DNA from: a virus
IMG/VR virus record: IMGVR_UViG_3300027917_000039
DNA length: 64,000 bases
Direction: 5' to 3' (one strand)
Positions 61,563 to 64,000 of this stretch are shown piece after piece. The notes under the pieces are model-generated. The model was not told the origin of the DNA, searched no databases, and saw only the letters and a program-made list of their open reading frames with translations. A program made the translations under genes and the position numbers. Every line of letters starts with the position of its first letter. Within the stretch, counting starts at the first letter, position 1.

Positions 61563-61967
61563 TCACAGTTTCAGTGTATCTCCCAACGAGAGAGGCTCGC
61601 TGATCTCTTGACTCACGACGCGGGGCGCCTCATTGTCAACCTTTGGCTCCTGCTTTGTCAACTTTGGCTCACGCTTTGTCAACTTTGCCTTCCGTTTGGC
61701 GAGATCGGCTTCCTCTTTCTCGATGTTCATCTTCTTGAGGTGGTCGCCGATGTCCAACATGCCCCATTTCTTCGACCAGATTCGACCCTCGCCTACCGGC
61801 TCGACTTCGCCGCGCACCTTTCCGTATTTCACTGGCTCAACGAGAACTTCTTCCCCGTCAGATACTTCCAAATACTGACCGCGAGAGGACATGACGCAAA
61901 CAACGTCGCCGGGTTTGACCGTCGCGCGCTTCAAGGCGTGGTACGGAAAAGGATCAGGAATCTTCAC
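61563..61967 (-). CDS. possible terminase small subunit with internal tandem repeats
   Basis: 134 aa immediately upstream of terL. Contains 3 tandem 21-bp DNA repeats encoding KLTKREPKLTKQEPK. Confidence 0.35.
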   Translation of the reverse strand: MKIPDPFPYHALKRATVKPGDVVCVMSSRGQYLEVSDGEEVLVEPVKYGKVRGEVEPVGEGRIWSKKWGMLDIGDHLKKMNIEKEEADLAKRKAKLTKREPKLTKQEPKVDNEAPRVVSQEISEPLSLGDTLKL

Positions 61968-62268
61968 GTTTTGGCTCCAATAACAGTAGTGGGGCGATCG
62001 TCATGATGATCTTGAGAATCTCTGGCCAATTCTCAACGAACCAATCCCAGAGATTTGCCCAGATGCTACTCCAGTCCAGCCCGATCAAGCCGTCGGCACG
62101 GTTCCACGGGTTCACGTCATTCTCGACACGCTCGTTGAGTTCGCTCAACGCCTTCTCATCGTCGCAAACGGCGAGGACGGCGGTGTACTGCTCGGAAGTC
62201 AACCTGCCAGCCGACCGCTCACGTTGGGCTTGGCGAAGCGTTTTGCGTCGTAGTTTTGCGAGTCTCAT
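61954..62268 (-). CDS. hypothetical protein with hydrophobic C-terminus
   Basis: Start at MRLAKL overlaps the stop of the upstream small ORF (ATGA). Confidence 0.35.
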   Translation of the reverse strand: MRLAKLRRKTLRQAQRERSAGRLTSEQYTAVLAVCDDEKALSELNERVENDVNPWNRADGLIGLDWSSIWANLWDWFVENWPEILKIIMTIAPLLLLEPKREDS

Positions 62269-62414
62269 AGGTGAGGCTTTCTGCCCTGTTGACGGGCGAT
62301 TGCGAGTCCTTGTTTGATGGCTTTCTTCTTGGCTTCCTTCCCGACGTAGCACTTGCCAGACTCTCCGTACTTGTAGCCGGACTTGCCTTTACTCTGGCAC
62401 TTCTGGATCGGCAT
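62265..62414 (-). CDS. small basic protein (49 aa)
   Basis: MPIQKCQSKGKSGYKYGESGKCYVGKEAKKKAIKQGLAIARQQGRKPHL. Translationally coupled. Confidence 0.3.
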   Translation of the reverse strand: MPIQKCQSKGKSGYKYGESGKCYVGKEAKKKAIKQGLAIARQQGRKPHL

Positions 62415-62679
62415 CTTTGTAAGTCCTATCAAGTGCTTCGTATGTGTGCAAGATGATTAGCATCCACACGTTTGAGAAGCCGACGACTGAGAAATAGAAC
62501 AAAGGACCGCGTATGAGGGCTGGGGCAGCGATCCAAAACCCCAAACAGATCGGGCAAAACAACACTGACCAACCCAGCCAGTCTCGTACCGGAGCCATGA
62601 TCTTGCTCTCGCTGATGAGGCAGGCTATGACACCTACCGCTGCGGAACAATAGATCGCTGACAACAGTACGTCGCTCAT
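62389..62679 (-). CDS. holin-like 3-TM membrane protein
   Basis: Three hydrophobic segments and a charged C-terminus (YKDADPEVPE). Sits beside the putative peptidase/thioredoxin genes. Confidence 0.4.
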   Translation of the reverse strand: MSDVLLSAIYCSAAVGVIACLISESKIMAPVRDWLGWSVLFCPICLGFWIAAPALIRGPLFYFSVVGFSNVWMLIILHTYEALDRTYKDADPEVPE

Positions 62680-63134
62680 AACTTGATGGGTGCTCCGATC
62701 TCAATTTCAAACTCGGTCGCGGACAACGCCGTTCCCACCGGGACAACAAAATCGCCGTCGATGGTGGGTGCGGTGGTTGTTATACGCCCGGCGGTGTTTG
62801 GATCAAGGTAATAGGCTGCACCTTCAATGAGCCCGCCTGTTCCGCCTGTCACTGCATCCCATTCGGCGGTTGTCGCTACGAACAACCCGTCTGTTTGAAC
62901 CTCTACTGGGTCAGTGTCAGCAACAGTCTCAACAACAAGTCCGGCAACACGCACGGTTGGCTGTGAATCGGCTTGTGCTGGTGTGGCGTTCCCGCCGTTG
63001 ACGTAGACCGGAGTCGCTTTCACGAGGGCTCCGTTCGCCGTCTTGGTTACGCTTCGAGACAAGTCAAGTCGGTCGCCCGGCTGCAACTGCTCAACAATAC
63101 CTGCCGTAATGACAAGTGGTTTCTTCAGCGCCAT
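62676..63134 (-). CDS. structural/fibre-like protein (shares C-terminal domain with ORF 53814-54557)
   Basis: See the paralogy evidence above. T/G/A-rich beta-type sequence. Confidence 0.45.
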   Translation of the reverse strand: MALKKPLVITAGIVEQLQPGDRLDLSRSVTKTANGALVKATPVYVNGGNATPAQADSQPTVRVAGLVVETVADTDPVEVQTDGLFVATTAEWDAVTGGTGGLIEGAAYYLDPNTAGRITTTAPTIDGDFVVPVGTALSATEFEIEIGAPIKL

Positions 63135-63143
63135 ATTTCTGCT

Positions 63144-63617
63144 CTACTTCTTGAGTTTCAACAAACTTTCGACATACTTGTCAAGGTCTTTCGCCTTCCA
63201 GTACACTTCCGTTTTCAACACCTTCGATCCAAAAACGAGTTGGACCGTCGGCAGCATCTTCACTTCCGGCGGGGGATTGTCAGTTTGGTAGTCAAGCACC
63301 TTGACCGTGTAGCCGAATTTCAGTAAAGCCGGTACTTCTTTGGCTTTGTAGGTTCGGCAGGCAGAGCACCAGGAACTTGTCCAGACTTTGATTTCGTACT
63401 TGGACTTGACTGATCGAGCGGTCGTCGAGTCAGAGAAATCCAGTCGTGAATTATCCCATACAGCTTGTCCAAGTGTTCCCACCGTGGGCGGGTTGTCAGC
63501 ACGCTGCGTAAGAGTCGTTTCAGGCGGAGCCAGAGCGACATGAGCCGTAATGAGGGCAAACGCGACATACAGGGCTCCCATCAGGTTGAACAGTTTTCGA
63601 TTCATTGGTTTCCTCAA
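63144..63617 (-). CDS. secreted thioredoxin-like protein (CxxC)
   Basis: Signal anchor LFNLMGALYVAFALITAHVALA, active-site WCSAC, downstream cis-Pro LPTVQLVFG. Confidence 0.55.
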   Translation of the reverse strand: MRKPMNRKLFNLMGALYVAFALITAHVALAPPETTLTQRADNPPTVGTLGQAVWDNSRLDFSDSTTARSVKSKYEIKVWTSSWCSACRTYKAKEVPALLKFGYTVKVLDYQTDNPPPEVKMLPTVQLVFGSKVLKTEVYWKAKDLDKYVESLLKLKK

Positions 63618-64000
63618 TAGAGTATGTACGGCGGGATGTCTACTCGTGGGAAACCTTGGTACGCGCTGAACGCAAACGAGTCGCCCTGACGCAGCATAAC
63701 GTCAACAGTGTTAGCGTCAATCCAAAACGTGCCTGCCGGTTGCGGTCCACGGGTTGGTCCGACCACCCAATTCGGTCCCCAACTGTTGAAGCACAGGGCT
63801 CCAGGGCGGCGGTATTCATCATCATACGCCGGGAACAGCATGGCATGATACCACGGTGCTCGACGACGAGTAAGAAATCCCTCTGAATCCCTTTGGCGAG
63901 TCCCGTTGCCGAACCCGACGTTCGAGCAAACCATTACAGGGCTGCCATTGTAAATGCAGTCGCAAAGGTCGGCGTAGGATCGACAGATTGCCGTCTTCTT
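63614..64000 (-). CDS. papain-like (C1-type) cysteine peptidase, C-terminal part (gene truncated by window edge)
   Basis: YHAMLFPAY...ALCFNSWGPNWVVG...GTFWI matches the papain His region and the NSWG.WG..G.I motif. The N-terminus lies beyond 64000. Confidence 0.5.
   Translation of the reverse strand, partial: KKTAICRSYADLCDCIYNGSPVMVCSNVGFGNGTRQRDSEGFLTRRRAPWYHAMLFPAYDDEYRRPGALCFNSWGPNWVVGPTRGPQPAGTFWIDANTVDVMLRQGDSFAFSAYQGFPRVDIPPYILY

Noticed and set aside
1-64000. CRISPR arrays, integrase/att sites, toxin-antitoxin pairs
   Set aside because: No regularly spaced direct repeats of CRISPR type. No tyrosine or serine recombinase motifs were recognised. No obvious TA architecture. The only tRNA-linked repeat is the degenerate tRNA-like element.

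Overview
The window reads as a contiguous segment of a tailed-phage or prophage genome (GC about 55-58%) with no integrase, att site or CRISPR array visible. Nearly all recognisable genes sit on the minus strand, arranged as three transcriptional blocks. (1) Bases 1-27004, transcribed leftward, form an early/replication region of several operons. It holds a ParB-like protein, an SNF2 ATPase, a GT41-type glycosyltransferase, a TcaB9-like C-methyltransferase, an HTH-metallophosphatase, a secreted S1 protease, a family A DNA polymerase, tRNA-Asn, two DEDDh exonucleases, a VRR-NUC nuclease, a HAD nucleotidase, a cysteine peptidase, a sigma factor, an ATP-dependent ligase, an Stf0-like sulfotransferase, a PD-(D/E)xK nuclease and a GNAT. 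At least five operons start at a conserved phage promoter TTGAC(C/T)-N17-TGG(T/G)TAGACT, three of them with the ATG 5-6 nt after the -10 (apparently leaderless). (2) Bases 27005-27513 are an iteron-rich, ori/par-like intergenic region flanked by a 16-bp inverted repeat that carries divergent extended -10 promoters. It is followed by a short plus-strand operon (27514-31498) encoding an AEP primase-polymerase/D5 helicase, a MazG-like dNTP pyrophosphohydrolase and an exonuclease, ended by a strong hairpin terminator. (3) Bases 64000-31668, transcribed leftward, form the late region. It has a lysis-like cassette (papain-like peptidase, secreted thioredoxin-like protein, holin-like protein), a TerS-like gene with tandem repeats, the large terminase, portal, scaffold and a P22-like coat protein, then beta-helix S/T/N-rich virion proteins, a putative tail tube, chaperone and tape measure, tail-fibre paralogs, an SPFH protein, and terminator/attenuators after the coat and scaffold genes. 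The most interesting points are the glycan-modification enzyme set (GT41 + C-methyltransferase + sulfotransferase), which may decorate the S/T/N-rich virion proteins; the leaderless early-promoter family; the ori/par iteron locus; DnaJ-type CxxCxGxG zinc fingers inserted into both the DNA polymerase and the SNF2 ATPase; two candidate frameshift sites; and candidate pac repeats inside the TerS-like gene. Every functional call rests on motif recognition by eye and should be confirmed by HMM or BLAST searches.
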